From: an uncultured Verrucomicrobiae bacterium
GTDB taxonomy: Bacteria > Verrucomicrobiota > Verrucomicrobiia > Chthoniobacterales > UBA10450
Direction of reading: 5' to 3'
Length of the DNA: 64,000 nucleotides
NCBI GenBank assembly: GCA_963834385.1
Contig: CAWIBO010000001.1
Coordinates: forward strand, 128,001-192,000
Part shown: piece by piece, positions 27,796 to 41,444 of the stretch
Layout of the letters: every line of letters starts with the position of its first letter
How positions within the stretch are numbered: position 1 is the first letter of the stretch
The notes under the pieces: generated by a model
Seen by the model: only the letters and a program-made list of their open reading frames with translations
Told to the model about the DNA's origin: nothing
The model's database searches: none
Made by a program: the position numbers and the translations under genes

Positions 27796-30048
27796 ATGCG
27801 TGGAGCATTTCTTACTGTCACTTGGTTCCTGGCGATGCTCGCGGGCGCGGAGCTGCACGCACAGGGCCCCGAGAATGCGCCTGTAGAGATAACTTCATCA
27901 GGCGGAACTACTTACGATAACGGGATCGCCGTCGCTCGGGAGAACGTCGCCATCCGCTTCGGCGACACGGACATTTACTCCGATTACGCGCGCTATGATG
28001 CCACCACCCGCGACGTCGAGCTCCGCGGCAATGTCCGAATCTATCGCGCCGGCAATTTGTACGTCAGCGACAGCGCCGGTTACAACCTGGGGACGGGCCA
28101 GATTCGCGCTCTGGAGCTGCGGACGGAATACCAGCCCTATTTCCTCGCGGCGGACAACATCGAGGCGCCGAAGTCCGGGGAATACATGGTCAAGGACGGC
28201 ACCTTTACCACGCACGATTCCGACCGGCCTGATTTTCGCCTGCGCGCGCGCAAGCTCCGGATTTACGAGAACAACCGGGCCGTCTTCCAAAACGTGACCA
28301 TGCTGGTGGGCAACGTTCCCGTTTTCTGGTGGCCCTATCTTTACCAGTCTCTGGATGACGCCTTCGGTTTCAGTGTTTCGCCGGCTTACTTCAGCTCCTG
28401 GGGGCCCTCCCTGCTCAGCCAGATCACGTTTCCCATCACGGACCAGATCAAGGGACGAGTCCGGCTTGATTACCGCGTTCGGCGCGGCGCCGCGCTCGGT
28501 TTCGAGTCGGAGATGCGCTACGGCCCGGAGGAAGCCAGCTATGCGCGGCTGAAGACTTATTTGATGAGCGACCAGAACCCGCTTTTGAACCGGACGTCGC
28601 TCCCGCGCGGCACCGTCGGCACGGCGCGTTACCGCGTCTCGCTGCAGGACCGCACCTATTTCACGGACGACATTTATGCCACGGTCAACGTGACCAAGCT
28701 GAGCGACGAATTCGTCCTGCAGGATTTTTACCAGACGGAGTTCCGGTTTGATCCGCAGCCGGACAACATGGTGGCGCTGACGAAGACGGATTCGTTTTAC
28801 ACCCTCACGGCGCTGACGCGTTTTCAGGCGAACAGTTTCTTTGAAACCACCGAACGTTTTCCCGAGATCGTGCTCGACGTGAAGCGGCACGGCCTTTTTG
28901 GCGGGCCGATCTTTTATGAAGGCGAGACGGGCGTGGCGGAACTGCACCGTAACTTTGCGCGGGCCTCCGGGCTGCAGGATTACGGGACCTTCCGGGCGGA
29001 CACCTTTCACCAGTTGCTCTATCCCAACACCTATTTCGGGTGGCTTTCCGTGGTCCCCCGGGCCGGGTTCCGCGGGACCTACTACTCCGAGTCGCGCGAT
29101 ATCGGCAACGTCTCGTTCCTGGATGATGGCAGCCCCCTGGTGCCCGATTTTCTGCTCCCTCCGCCCACCCTGGCAATGCCGATCGACAAGGCCGGCGACC
29201 AGTTTCGCGCGGTCTTCAACGCCGGGATGGAGGCTTCCTTCAAGGTCTCGCGAACCTGGGAGCAGGCCCAGAGCCGGATGATCGGGCTGGACGGTCTGCG
29301 CCATATTATCCAGCCCTTCACCAATTTTTCCTATGTCTCGGATGGCGGAGTCAATCCGGCCGAGATTCTTCAGTTCGACCGCTTTGTTCCCTCGACCCAG
29401 CTTCGCCCGATTGATTTTCCGCAGTTCACCTCGGTCGATTCGATTGATCGCTGGACCATCTGGCGCCTGGGAGTGCGCAACCGTCTGCAGACCCGCCGGG
29501 ACGATCTCACCCTGACGTGGCTGGAACTGGAAACGTTCATGGATTGGAACATCAACAATCCCTTCGACGAGACCGATTATTCCAACCTCTTTAACCGGCT
29601 CCGCTTCACCCCGCTGCCGTGGATGACGTTTGCCGTCAGCAGCCAGGTGCCGGTCTTCGACCATGGCTTCACCGAGGTCAACACCGGGGTGAGCGTGCAA
29701 CCAGTGGCGAATGTGCAGGTGGGGTTCGGCCATCGTTATCTGAGCGAGAACCCCTTCTTCAACAACAGCAGTCTCTTCACCTTTAATGGCTACTACCGGG
29801 TCGATGACAACTGGGGGTTTGGTTTTCAGGAGCAGTTCGAGGCGAACACCGGGGTGCTCGAGCAGCAGCGCTATTCCGTTCACCGCGACCTGACCAGCTG
29901 GGTCGCCTCCCTCGGCGCCGTCATCCGCAACAATGCCGGGGTGAACGAGTATGGCGTGCTTCTCACCTTCACCCTGAAGGCGTTTCCCAAGATTGGTTTC
30001 GACTTCAACTTTGATCCAACCGGCGGCACCGGTTCCGATCTCGAATGA
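27796..30048 (+). CDS. lptD: LPS-assembly outer-membrane protein LptD
   Basis: Signal peptide, OstA-like N-domain (A..NV.IR.GD..IY.D...Y), FTTH...P, VPVFWWPY, long beta-barrel with RHIIQP and RNRLQT. Confidence 0.85.
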   Translation: MRGAFLTVTWFLAMLAGAELHAQGPENAPVEITSSGGTTYDNGIAVARENVAIRFGDTDIYSDYARYDATTRDVELRGNVRIYRAGNLYVSDSAGYNLGTGQIRALELRTEYQPYFLAADNIEAPKSGEYMVKDGTFTTHDSDRPDFRLRARKLRIYENNRAVFQNVTMLVGNVPVFWWPYLYQSLDDAFGFSVSPAYFSSWGPSLLSQITFPITDQIKGRVRLDYRVRRGAALGFESEMRYGPEEASYARLKTYLMSDQNPLLNRTSLPRGTVGTARYRVSLQDRTYFTDDIYATVNVTKLSDEFVLQDFYQTEFRFDPQPDNMVALTKTDSFYTLTALTRFQANSFFETTERFPEIVLDVKRHGLFGGPIFYEGETGVAELHRNFARASGLQDYGTFRADTFHQLLYPNTYFGWLSVVPRAGFRGTYYSESRDIGNVSFLDDGSPLVPDFLLPPPTLAMPIDKAGDQFRAVFNAGMEASFKVSRTWEQAQSRMIGLDGLRHIIQPFTNFSYVSDGGVNPAEILQFDRFVPSTQLRPIDFPQFTSVDSIDRWTIWRLGVRNRLQTRRDDLTLTWLELETFMDWNINNPFDETDYSNLFNRLRFTPLPWMTFAVSSQVPVFDHGFTEVNTGVSVQPVANVQVGFGHRYLSENPFFNNSSLFTFNGYYRVDDNWGFGFQEQFEANTGVLEQQRYSVHRDLTSWVASLGAVIRNNAGVNEYGVLLTFTLKAFPKIGFDFNFDPTGGTGSDLE

Positions 30049-30120
30049 AGTCTTTGCAAAACCAGCCAACCTCCTCTTCCTTGGGCCTCCGCGGCTAAGG
30101 AAATCCGCGCCCTTTTTCCC

Positions 30121-31434
30121 ATGGACCTTTCTATTATCGGCTCCGGCTATGTCGGCCTCGTCACTGGCGCCTGTTTTGCCGACGTCGGTCATAATGTCGT
30201 CTGCGTCGACAACGATCCGCGCAAGGTTGAGGCGCTGCAGGCGGGGCGCGTGCCGATCTACGAGCCGGGCCTGGAGGATCTTATTCACCGCAATGTCGCC
30301 GCCCGGCGTCTCCGCTTCACCGGCAGCATCAAGGACGGCGTCGACAATTCCCAGGTCGTCTTTATTGCCGTGCCCACGCCGCAGCAGCCGGATGGCAGTG
30401 TCGACCTCAGTTTCATCGAAAAGGTCGCGCGCGAGATCGCGGGCGTGCTCACTTCCTACCGCGTCATCGTCGACAAGAGCACTGTCCCGGTGAAAACGGG
30501 TGAAAAAGTGGCGGAGTCAATCAAGCGCTACAACCGGCACCAGGCTGACTTCGACGTGGTCAGCAATCCGGAGTTTTTGCGTGAAGGCTGTGCGGTGGGG
30601 GATTTGATGAAGCCCGACCGCATCGTCATCGGAGCCCAGAGCGAAAGGGCCATCGACCTCATGAAGAAGGTCTACGAGCCGTTCATGGCGCCGATCCTTG
30701 TGACCGATATCAACAGCGCCGAGCTGATCAAGCATGCCGCCAACTCTTTCCTCGCGCTCAAAATTTCCTACATCAATGCGGTCTCCGCCATCTGCGAGGC
30801 GAGTGGCGCCGACATTGAGAAGGTGGCCGACGGGATCGGAATGGATCGCCGCATCGGCCGCAATTTCCTGAACGCGGGAATCGGCTACGGCGGCTCCTGT
30901 TTTCCCAAGGATATCGCCGCGTTCATTACCATCAGCGAGCAACTGGGCGTCCCCTTCAGCCTGCTCAAGGAAGTGCAACGCATCAATGCTTCCCAGCGCG
31001 AACGCTTCCTCAAGACCATTCGCGATCGTCTCTGGGTCCTGCGGGAGAAAAAGATCGCTGTCTGGGGCCTCACTTTCAAACCGGACACCGACGATGTCCG
31101 CTCATCCGTCGCGGTCGATCTCGTGGCCGACATGGTTCGCGAGGGCGCTCAGGTGACCGTTTACGATCCAAAGGGGATGGAGAAGGCGCGCGAATTGCCC
31201 GCCCTCGCCCAGGCCCAATTCGCCGACTCCGCCCTGGAGGCCGTGGAAGGAGCGGAAGCCCTGGTCGTCGCCACCGAGTGGTCCGAGTTCCGCAATATTG
31301 ATTTCGAGGCGGTAAAGTCCCGCATGGTGACCCCCATGGTCTTCGACGGGCGCAACCTTCTCAATCCCGTCACCATGGCTGAACTCGGTTTCGAATACTT
31401 CTCGATCGGCCGGCACGCCGTGGGCCGAAGCTAG
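30121..31434 (+). CDS. ugd: UDP-glucose 6-dehydrogenase
   Basis: IIGSGYVGLV, IAVPTP, KSTVPV, SNPEFLREG, GYGGSCFPKD, FKPDTDD.R. Confidence 0.95.
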   Translation: MDLSIIGSGYVGLVTGACFADVGHNVVCVDNDPRKVEALQAGRVPIYEPGLEDLIHRNVAARRLRFTGSIKDGVDNSQVVFIAVPTPQQPDGSVDLSFIEKVAREIAGVLTSYRVIVDKSTVPVKTGEKVAESIKRYNRHQADFDVVSNPEFLREGCAVGDLMKPDRIVIGAQSERAIDLMKKVYEPFMAPILVTDINSAELIKHAANSFLALKISYINAVSAICEASGADIEKVADGIGMDRRIGRNFLNAGIGYGGSCFPKDIAAFITISEQLGVPFSLLKEVQRINASQRERFLKTIRDRLWVLREKKIAVWGLTFKPDTDDVRSSVAVDLVADMVREGAQVTVYDPKGMEKARELPALAQAQFADSALEAVEGAEALVVATEWSEFRNIDFEAVKSRMVTPMVFDGRNLLNPVTMAELGFEYFSIGRHAVGRS

Positions 31435-31451
31435 CAGCGGCGCGACAGTTC

Positions 31452-32696
31452 ATGTCGCCGGTCACTGCCCGTTCAGTTGCGCATGAAGCGCTGCAGGAAT
31501 GGTCCGCGACCCGGTTTTTCGCCGATACCATTCTGCACCGGCTGGAAGCGCTGCGCCCGTTGTCCTCCCGCGACCGTGCCTTTGCGCAGGAACTTTTCTA
31601 CGGCGTCCTCCGAAACCTGAGCCTGCTCGACTTTTGGCTCGGAGTGCTTCGGCAGGGACATCTGCAACCGGGTGTTCGGACCCTCCTTCGGCTCGGTCTC
31701 TACCAGGCGATGATCCTGCGAATCGCGCCCCACGCCGCGGTAAACGAAGTGGTCGCCCTTGCTCCCGCCCGGGCGCGTCCCGTCGTCAACGGCGTCCTGC
31801 GGACGGCGCTGCGCCGTGAGGAAGAATTGCGGGAAATGGCGCGGGCGCAGCCCCCGGAAATTCGCTTCTCGCACCCGGCTTTTCTCCTGGAGCGTTGGCG
31901 AAAAGCTTTCGGCCCGGAGGAGACTGAAGCGCTCTGCCGATGGAACAACGAGCCGCCGCCGGTTTACGCAAGGATCAATCTCCTCCAGACGGATAAGCCG
32001 GGAATGGAGGATCCGACGAAGACTGAAGTCCCAGGCGCCCCCGGCTTCTTCCGGCTCGAGGCCCCGCCTGCGCCCGGGATCGCGGATGGCTCGCTGGCGA
32101 TCCAGGACCCGAGCACCGCCCTGGCCTGCAGGCTCCTCGACCCTCAACCGGGAGAACATGTGCTGGACGCGTGTGCCGCTCCCGGAGGCAAGACCGCCCT
32201 CCTGGCGGAGTTGATGCAGAACCGGGGCTCCGTGGAGGCGTGCGATCGCGATCCATCCCGGCTGCGGTTGCTGGAGGAAAACATGGACCGGCTCGGGGTT
32301 AGATGTGTGCGGACGCGCGGTTTCGACTGGCTGGAGGACTCCATCCCGACGGAATGGGCTAGTCGACCCTTCGACCGCATCCTGCTGGACGCCCCCTGCA
32401 CCAACACCGGCGTCATGCGAAGACGCGTCGACCTGCGCTGGCGTTTGCGGCCCGCCGATTTCAAGCGGATGGCCGGGGACCAGGCACGGATCGCGCACCG
32501 CCTGGTGCCGTTGCTGCGGGATGGCGGATGGCTCGCCTACAGCACCTGCAGCATGGAACACGAGGAAAACGAGGGCGTGGTGGAACAACTCCTGGCGACC
32601 AGCCCCGGGCTGGCGCTGGTGCGCCAGGAAAGGACGCTCCCCTTCCGTGACGGGATTGATGGCGCCTTCGTGGCGCTCTTCCGCGCCGGAGCCTAG
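31452..32696 (+). CDS. rsmB: 16S rRNA m5C967 methyltransferase RsmB
   Basis: NusB-like N-domain, IQD, LDACAAPGGKT, ILLDAPCT, YSTCS...EENE. Confidence 0.9.
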   Translation: MSPVTARSVAHEALQEWSATRFFADTILHRLEALRPLSSRDRAFAQELFYGVLRNLSLLDFWLGVLRQGHLQPGVRTLLRLGLYQAMILRIAPHAAVNEVVALAPARARPVVNGVLRTALRREEELREMARAQPPEIRFSHPAFLLERWRKAFGPEETEALCRWNNEPPPVYARINLLQTDKPGMEDPTKTEVPGAPGFFRLEAPPAPGIADGSLAIQDPSTALACRLLDPQPGEHVLDACAAPGGKTALLAELMQNRGSVEACDRDPSRLRLLEENMDRLGVRCVRTRGFDWLEDSIPTEWASRPFDRILLDAPCTNTGVMRRRVDLRWRLRPADFKRMAGDQARIAHRLVPLLRDGGWLAYSTCSMEHEENEGVVEQLLATSPGLALVRQERTLPFRDGIDGAFVALFRAGA

Positions 32697-32739
32697 CCGG
32701 CAGTTGCAAGAGCGAAGGCCGGTGGAATCGTAGAGTCCT

Positions 32740-33879
32740 ATGCACGATCCACGCTTCGATACGCTTGCCCGTCTTCTGGTCGAATATTCCACGCAACTGA
32801 AGCGAAACGAGACGGTGCTGATCGAGGCCTTCGATGTGCCGGACGAGATGACCATCGCCCTGGTGCGGGCGGTGCGGAAGGTGGGAGCGATTCCCTTTAC
32901 CCAGGTGCAGCGGGCGCGGATCAGCCGCGAGATGGCGCTGGACGCCACGGACGCCCAGCTCGGGCTGGCCGCTTCCCATGAGCTTGCGCGCATGAAGAAG
33001 ATGGACGGCTACATTGCCCTGCGCGGGAGCAACAATATCAGCGAGCTTTCTGATGTGCCGCCGGAGAAAATGAAAATGGTGGCGAAGAAGATGCGCCCCG
33101 TGCAGGACCAGCGGGTGCGCCATACCAAATGGGTCGTCCTGCGCTGGCCCACTCCCTCCATGGCCCAGTTGGCCAACATGAGCACGGAAGCCTTTGAAGA
33201 CTTCTACTTCAACGTCTGCACCCTCGACTACAACAAGCTGCAGCCGGGGATGAAAGCGCTGAAAAAACTGATGGAAAAGACCGATCAGGTCGAGATCAAG
33301 GGACCGGGCACCGACCTTCGCTTCAGCATCAAGGGAATCGGAGCCGTGATTTGCGGGGGCGACCGCAACATCCCGGATGGGGAAGTCTTCAGCTGCCCGG
33401 TGCGTGATTCCGTGCAGGGCCACGTCACCTTTAACGCGCCCACGATCTACCAGAGCGTGGCCTTTGATAATATCCGGCTCGACTTCCGAGACGGCAAAAT
33501 CGTCTCAGCGAAAAGCAACGAGACAAAGAAGCTGAACAAGATTCTCGATTCCGACCCGGGTGCACGCTACATCGGCGAATTCTCCCTCGGGTTTAATCCC
33601 TATGTCCTCCATCCGATGCGGGACATTCTCTTTGACGAGAAGATCGCAGGCTCTTTCCACTTCACGCCGGGCCAGGCCTACGAGGAGGCCGATAACGGCA
33701 ACCGTTCCCAGGTGCACTGGGACATGGTCTGCATCCAGCGACCGGAGTACGGCGGCGGGGAGGTTTATTTCGACGGCAAGCTCATCCGGCGCAACGGCGA
33801 TTTCGTTCTGCCGGCGCTTCGCTCGCTCAACCGCAAGGCTTTTGCCAAGGCCCCAAAAGCAAAGCCGCGTCGCGACTGA
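32740..33879 (+). CDS. M29 (AmpS/AmpT-type) metallo-aminopeptidase
   Basis: [39 protein letters not shown]. Confidence 0.9.
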   Translation: MHDPRFDTLARLLVEYSTQLKRNETVLIEAFDVPDEMTIALVRAVRKVGAIPFTQVQRARISREMALDATDAQLGLAASHELARMKKMDGYIALRGSNNISELSDVPPEKMKMVAKKMRPVQDQRVRHTKWVVLRWPTPSMAQLANMSTEAFEDFYFNVCTLDYNKLQPGMKALKKLMEKTDQVEIKGPGTDLRFSIKGIGAVICGGDRNIPDGEVFSCPVRDSVQGHVTFNAPTIYQSVAFDNIRLDFRDGKIVSAKSNETKKLNKILDSDPGARYIGEFSLGFNPYVLHPMRDILFDEKIAGSFHFTPGQAYEEADNGNRSQVHWDMVCIQRPEYGGGEVYFDGKLIRRNGDFVLPALRSLNRKAFAKAPKAKPRRD

Positions 33880-33898
33880 TCAGTCAACGACGCGGCTT
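33862..33898. terminator. Hairpin between convergent genes (probable bidirectional terminator)
   Basis: AAGCCGCGTCG / CGACGCGGCTT 11-bp stem with an inner GACTGATCAGTC palindrome. Confidence 0.6.
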
Positions 33899-33915
33899 GT
33901 AAACCGTGCTCTTGC

Positions 33916-36900
33916 TTAGGCGCGTTTTGCGCTCGGGCTGAGCTGGAGATTGCTCAGCTCGCCGTTGCTGCCCACCTGGGCGGCGCCGATCTCGAAGACC
34001 GGGGCTCCCTCAGGCTGTCCGCCGCCGCCGGGGAGCTGCACATTGACCGTGCGCGAATTGGAATTCAGCACGATCGCGGAGATCTCGAACGAGGGTGAGA
34101 ACTCAACCGTGGCGATGTTGAACCCGGCGGTCACGTTGACCGGGGCCCGGCCCTGCTGCGATGCCATCAGTTGCACCGGCGCAGTCTCGAAGTTCGAAAC
34201 GAGCTGCACGCCGGACACGGTCAGGGCGGAGGAGCCACTGAAGCCGGGCTTCTGTTGTTGCGATGGCGTCAGGCGCAGAGTGCCAAGTGTCCCCCCTGCG
34301 GGCTGGATCGAGGCGATCTCGAAGGTCACCTGGAGATTCATGGCCGGCTGCGGCTGCTGCGAAGGCGCCAGGCGCATCGTCACAACCTTGGAGGTTGGGC
34401 GAACCTGGAGGGCCCCCATCTTGAAGCTGGGAGTCAGCTGCAGGGAGGCAATCTCGCAGGAAAGCGTCAGTTGCACGGCGGTCTGCGGCGAGCCCGCGGG
34501 TTGAGCCCCTCCGGCGCCCGCTGGGGCATCTTTGGTCGCAGTTCGAATCGCAGGTGGTGTTTGGGTCGGTTCAGGCATGATGTCAGGTTTGGTTTGCTGC
34601 TGAGCGGAAGGCTCGTGGGTGATAACTGGTTGTTGTGTCCCGGCCACGGCCGCGCCGCGAAGCGCGCCCAGCCCGGCTGTGCCCCCGGACTCCGCCGACG
34701 CACCGGCTTCCGGAACGGGCGGCGTCGAGGTCTCGAGTTTGCTGGTGATTGTTTCGCTGATGGAAGCCTCCGCCGCAACCGGCAAAAGCTGGGGCACCGG
34801 CTGGCCCTGCCCAATCGGATCGAACTCGACGGGTTCGGCGGGAGCATCAACACTCCCGATCGCCTCGACCGGGGCCGAGGTTTCCTCCGCGGCGGTCCAT
34901 GCCTCCTCTGCGGGAGCGGCGACCAGGGCCGGCTCCAGCGTGGCCGGAATCTCCGCGGCCTCGGGGTAGGTGGGAGCCTCCTCCAGAGGACGCACTTCGG
35001 AAACACCTTCCTCCACATCCGCCAGATCGGCGGGGGCAGGCGGCGGGAAGGAAACAGGCTGGTGGCCGTTGCCATTGCCGTTGGTATGGCCATTGCCATT
35101 GGTGCGCGAGCCCTTGCCCAGGGCAATGGCGCTGCGGCGCACGGACGGTTCGGTTGCCTTCAGGCGAAGCGAGAGCTGCGGCGGACCACCGGCCACACGG
35201 GCATGGGGCACCACCTGCTCGAGGGTCCCGGCTTCTTCGCCAGTCTCTTCGCTCTCCCGCACGGCCCGCCGGGAGGCACTCACGGCGGTGCGGCGGCGGA
35301 TCTCAGGCACCAAAACCCAGCCAAGAATGACCACCCCCGCTGTGACCAGTCCTCCCACCAGGACGTTTCGCGAGCTGAGAAAAGCGCGGGCTTTCTCGGC
35401 GAAACCGGGCGCGGCAAAATCTTCGACCTCTGCCGGGGCCAGGGCCGTGGCGGGCGTCGATGCCACCGCAGCCACCGCCGTTTCCTCCGCGGCCGGTCGG
35501 GCGGTGATGGAAATGGAAGCGCTGGGCTCAGCCGCCATTTCCGCCGGGGAAGGTGCGGTCAGCACCTCGACAGCGCTGGCCGTTTCGGCGAGGGAAGTGG
35601 TGGCCTGCATCCCCGGGATGGGCATGGCCTCGGCCGTGGCCAGTTCAAGACCGCGGCTCTCGGCGACCGAGGCTCCCGGGATCGGGCTTGGCTCAATACC
35701 AGGCGCCCCTTCGGCGGGGGCAATCGGCTCCGCCTGGGCGAGCTGCGAGGCAATCGGTGCCGCCTGCTCGCCGGAACGCTGGAGCCAGCCGAGGTCGTAG
35801 AAAGATTCCGCGAAGATGGCGTTCAGTGCCGGCGAGTAGATCTTGTTGGCGGAGGTGACCCAGTCTTCCGCCTTGGTGGCGTTGTTCTGCTTGTACTCCC
35901 AGGCTGCCTGCGCGTAGTAGAGAGCCGGCGTGTCCCCGGTAAACTGGAACTGGTCCATCATCTTCTGCGCCTGCTTTTCCTTGCCCTCGAGCAGCAGCGT
36001 CAGAAAAATCTTGTACTTGATGAGCTGGGACGCCTGATTCTTGTCGCCTCCCGGCGTGCTGGCAAAGAGCGCCTCCAGGCGTTCGCGGGCCGTGGCGTAT
36101 TCCTTCTTCTTGAAAGGAATTTCGGCAAGGTTGTATTGCGCTTCGCGCATCTTCGCATCGGCCTTTACCGCGCGGTTGAAATGCGTCTCCGCTTCATCGA
36201 AGCGACCCTGCGCCAGGAGCGTCTCTCCCCGCAGATTCTGGAAGTCGGCGGCCTTGGCCTCCTCGGGATCAACCTGCTCCAGCAGGCTGAACGCGCCGGC
36301 GGCATCGCCGCGCTGCAACGCCTGCTGCGCCTGCTCGAACTTGGCCCGGGCATCCGCCTTGCTCCGCGCCGCTCGATCCGCCGGCGAGCTGATCTCAAGC
36401 GAGGCGCGGGTGGCACCGGTCGGCTTCTCCAGCCAGCCCACCGCGTAAAGCGACTCGGCAAAGAGCTTGTTCAACTGCGAGGAGAACTTTTTCTCCGCCC
36501 CGGAAAGAATTTCCCGGGCCGCGTTGGCATCGTTGCGCTGAAGCGCCATGGCCGCCCGGCCATATTGCGCCGCCGGCGTCTGGGGATTCAGTTCAAACCG
36601 CGCCAGGATCGACTCCGCCAGATTGGGTTTGTTTTCGAGAACGTAGGTGAGCAAAATTTTGTATTCAATCAGCTGGGCCGCCTCCGACTGGATTTCAGAC
36701 GCATTCGCCGCCAGCAGGGCCTGGAAACGGTTGCGCGCCTCCGTCCAGTTCTTTTGCAGGAACGGCACCTCCGCCAGGTTGAACCGCGCGTTCCAGAATT
36801 TGGGGTCGAGTTCAATGGCACGGGTCAGCGCCGCCTCCGCCTTGTCGAAGGCCCCCTGGCGCATGAAAATAACGCCGCGCAGGTTCTGCGACTCGGAAAG

Positions 36901-37083
36901 GTCCGGCTGCCGCGCATCAATCGCGTCGAGCTCGGTCAGGGCCTGGTCGTAATTGGCTCCCTCAAAGGCCTTAAAGGCCTTTTCATACATCGATTCCAGC
37001 TCGGTTTTGGTGGGGGCGACGTTGTTGGCCGCAAATGAGCTCAAAACCAGCAGCGAAACGGTCAAAAATTTGCGGATCTTCAT
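33916..37083 (-). CDS. Bitopic membrane protein: duplicated periplasmic TPR block, TM helix, acidic linker, repetitive beta-rich C-terminal domain
   Basis: Signal peptide; two homologous TPR blocks (QNLRG...NLAEVPF.. QLIEYKI / QNLRG...NLAEIPF..QLIKYKI); TM NVLVGGLVTAGVVILGWVLV followed by RRR. Confidence 0.8.
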   Translation of the reverse strand: MKIRKFLTVSLLVLSSFAANNVAPTKTELESMYEKAFKAFEGANYDQALTELDAIDARQPDLSESQNLRGVIFMRQGAFDKAEAALTRAIELDPKFWNARFNLAEVPFLQKNWTEARNRFQALLAANASEIQSEAAQLIEYKILLTYVLENKPNLAESILARFELNPQTPAAQYGRAAMALQRNDANAAREILSGAEKKFSSQLNKLFAESLYAVGWLEKPTGATRASLEISSPADRAARSKADARAKFEQAQQALQRGDAAGAFSLLEQVDPEEAKAADFQNLRGETLLAQGRFDEAETHFNRAVKADAKMREAQYNLAEIPFKKKEYATARERLEALFASTPGGDKNQASQLIKYKIFLTLLLEGKEKQAQKMMDQFQFTGDTPALYYAQAAWEYKQNNATKAEDWVTSANKIYSPALNAIFAESFYDLGWLQRSGEQAAPIASQLAQAEPIAPAEGAPGIEPSPIPGASVAESRGLELATAEAMPIPGMQATTSLAETASAVEVLTAPSPAEMAAEPSASISITARPAAEETAVAAVASTPATALAPAEVEDFAAPGFAEKARAFLSSRNVLVGGLVTAGVVILGWVLVPEIRRRTAVSASRRAVRESEETGEEAGTLEQVVPHARVAGGPPQLSLRLKATEPSVRRSAIALGKGSRTNGNGHTNGNGNGHQPVSFPPPAPADLADVEEGVSEVRPLEEAPTYPEAAEIPATLEPALVAAPAEEAWTAAEETSAPVEAIGSVDAPAEPVEFDPIGQGQPVPQLLPVAAEASISETITSKLETSTPPVPEAGASAESGGTAGLGALRGAAVAGTQQPVITHEPSAQQQTKPDIMPEPTQTPPAIRTATKDAPAGAGGAQPAGSPQTAVQLTLSCEIASLQLTPSFKMGALQVRPTSKVVTMRLAPSQQPQPAMNLQVTFEIASIQPAGGTLGTLRLTPSQQQKPGFSGSSALTVSGVQLVSNFETAPVQLMASQQGRAPVNVTAGFNIATVEFSPSFEISAIVLNSNSRTVNVQLPGGGGQPEGAPVFEIGAAQVGSNGELSNLQLSPSAKRA

Positions 37084-37177
37084 GGAGAAATGATCAAACT
37101 ACCCGGTGAAAGTTATGACAAGAGAAAACTTGCCGAAGCAGCCCGCGAGGGGCTTTTCGGAGTGATTTTAGCACATT

Positions 37178-38038
37178 TCACGCCCTTTTTCGGGTTGCAC
37201 GGGCCGGTTTCGCCCGGCGGGCTTTTTTCCCCTTTTGAGCCGGTCCGGCAGGACGGTCGGGGGAGGCAGCCCGGGGCCTCAAACTCCGGTTCCCGATAAG
37301 GCGCAATCCCTCCAGGGTGAGATGGGGGTGCACCGCCTCAATCGCGGGAACCTGGGCGGCGATCAGTCTGGCATAACCACCGGTGGCCACCACCCGCGGA
37401 GCCTGACCGGGGAAAGCTTCCTCCCGAACCCGGGCCAGGATCTCCCGGACCAGGCCGCGGTAACCGAGCACCGCGCCCGCCATCATGGCCTCGCGCGTGG
37501 AGCGTCCGACCGTCCGGCGCGGCTCGCGCAAGGTCAGGCGCGGCAGCAGGGCGGTGCGCTGGTGGAGATAGCTCGTCATGGCTTCGAGGCCCGGCGCAAT
37601 CACACCGCCAAGATAAGCGCCGCCGGAGGAGACGATGTCAAAGGTGACGGCGGTGCCGAAGTCGACCACGATCGCGGGGGTGCCATGCAGCTCGGCCACC
37701 GCCACCGCGTTGGCGAGACGATCGGCACCGATCGAGCGGGGCTGCGGATAATCAATCCCGATCCCGAGGTCGAGCGCCGCGGAGACCGCCACGATCTCTC
37801 TTTTGCCCGCGGCGGACCGGACGATCGCATCCCGGGCCGGCACGACCGAGGAGAAGACGATCGCGCGCACCTCGCGGCGCTGCAGAAAAACGCGCAGACG
37901 CGCGGCGGTCAGACGCGGCGTGGGAACGCGCTCGGGGCGCTCGACCCGGGCGCGGCTGGAGAATGCCAGCTTGGTGAAGGAATTGCTGATATCGATGAGC
38001 AGGTATTCCGCTTTCCTGCGCGCGCGCGTCGGTTTCAT
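37178..38038 (-). CDS. coaX: Type III pantothenate kinase
   Basis: LLIDISNSFTK, SSVVP, IGADR, VVDFGTAVTFD, GGVIAPG, VVATGG. Confidence 0.93.
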   Translation of the reverse strand: MKPTRARRKAEYLLIDISNSFTKLAFSSRARVERPERVPTPRLTAARLRVFLQRREVRAIVFSSVVPARDAIVRSAAGKREIVAVSAALDLGIGIDYPQPRSIGADRLANAVAVAELHGTPAIVVDFGTAVTFDIVSSGGAYLGGVIAPGLEAMTSYLHQRTALLPRLTLREPRRTVGRSTREAMMAGAVLGYRGLVREILARVREEAFPGQAPRVVATGGYARLIAAQVPAIEAVHPHLTLEGLRLIGNRSLRPRAASPDRPAGPAQKGKKARRAKPARATRKRA

Positions 38039-38133
38039 GGACAGGGGGCGGGCGTGCCGCCGCGGTGTTCCTAAATGATTCCCCTGCCGCTGGCAAACTT
38101 GCGGGTGCGGAATCGTCCGCGTAGCCTCGCCCT

Positions 38134-41360
<3,227 letters not shown>

Positions 41361-41444
41361 GCGCTGACTCTCAGGAGAAGGCCGGGGGGAAACAAGCGGT
41401 TCTTTCGTTGACAAAGATTTCGCCCTCCCCCCTTTATCGGCGCA

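Noticed and set aside
27898..30288. Long antisense ORFs (e.g. 27898-30288, 34171-37038, 57559-59526, 62450-63868, 9539-11128)
   Set aside because: They mirror well-supported genes on the opposite strand and have no recognisable motifs. Such ORFs are expected from GC-rich codon bias.
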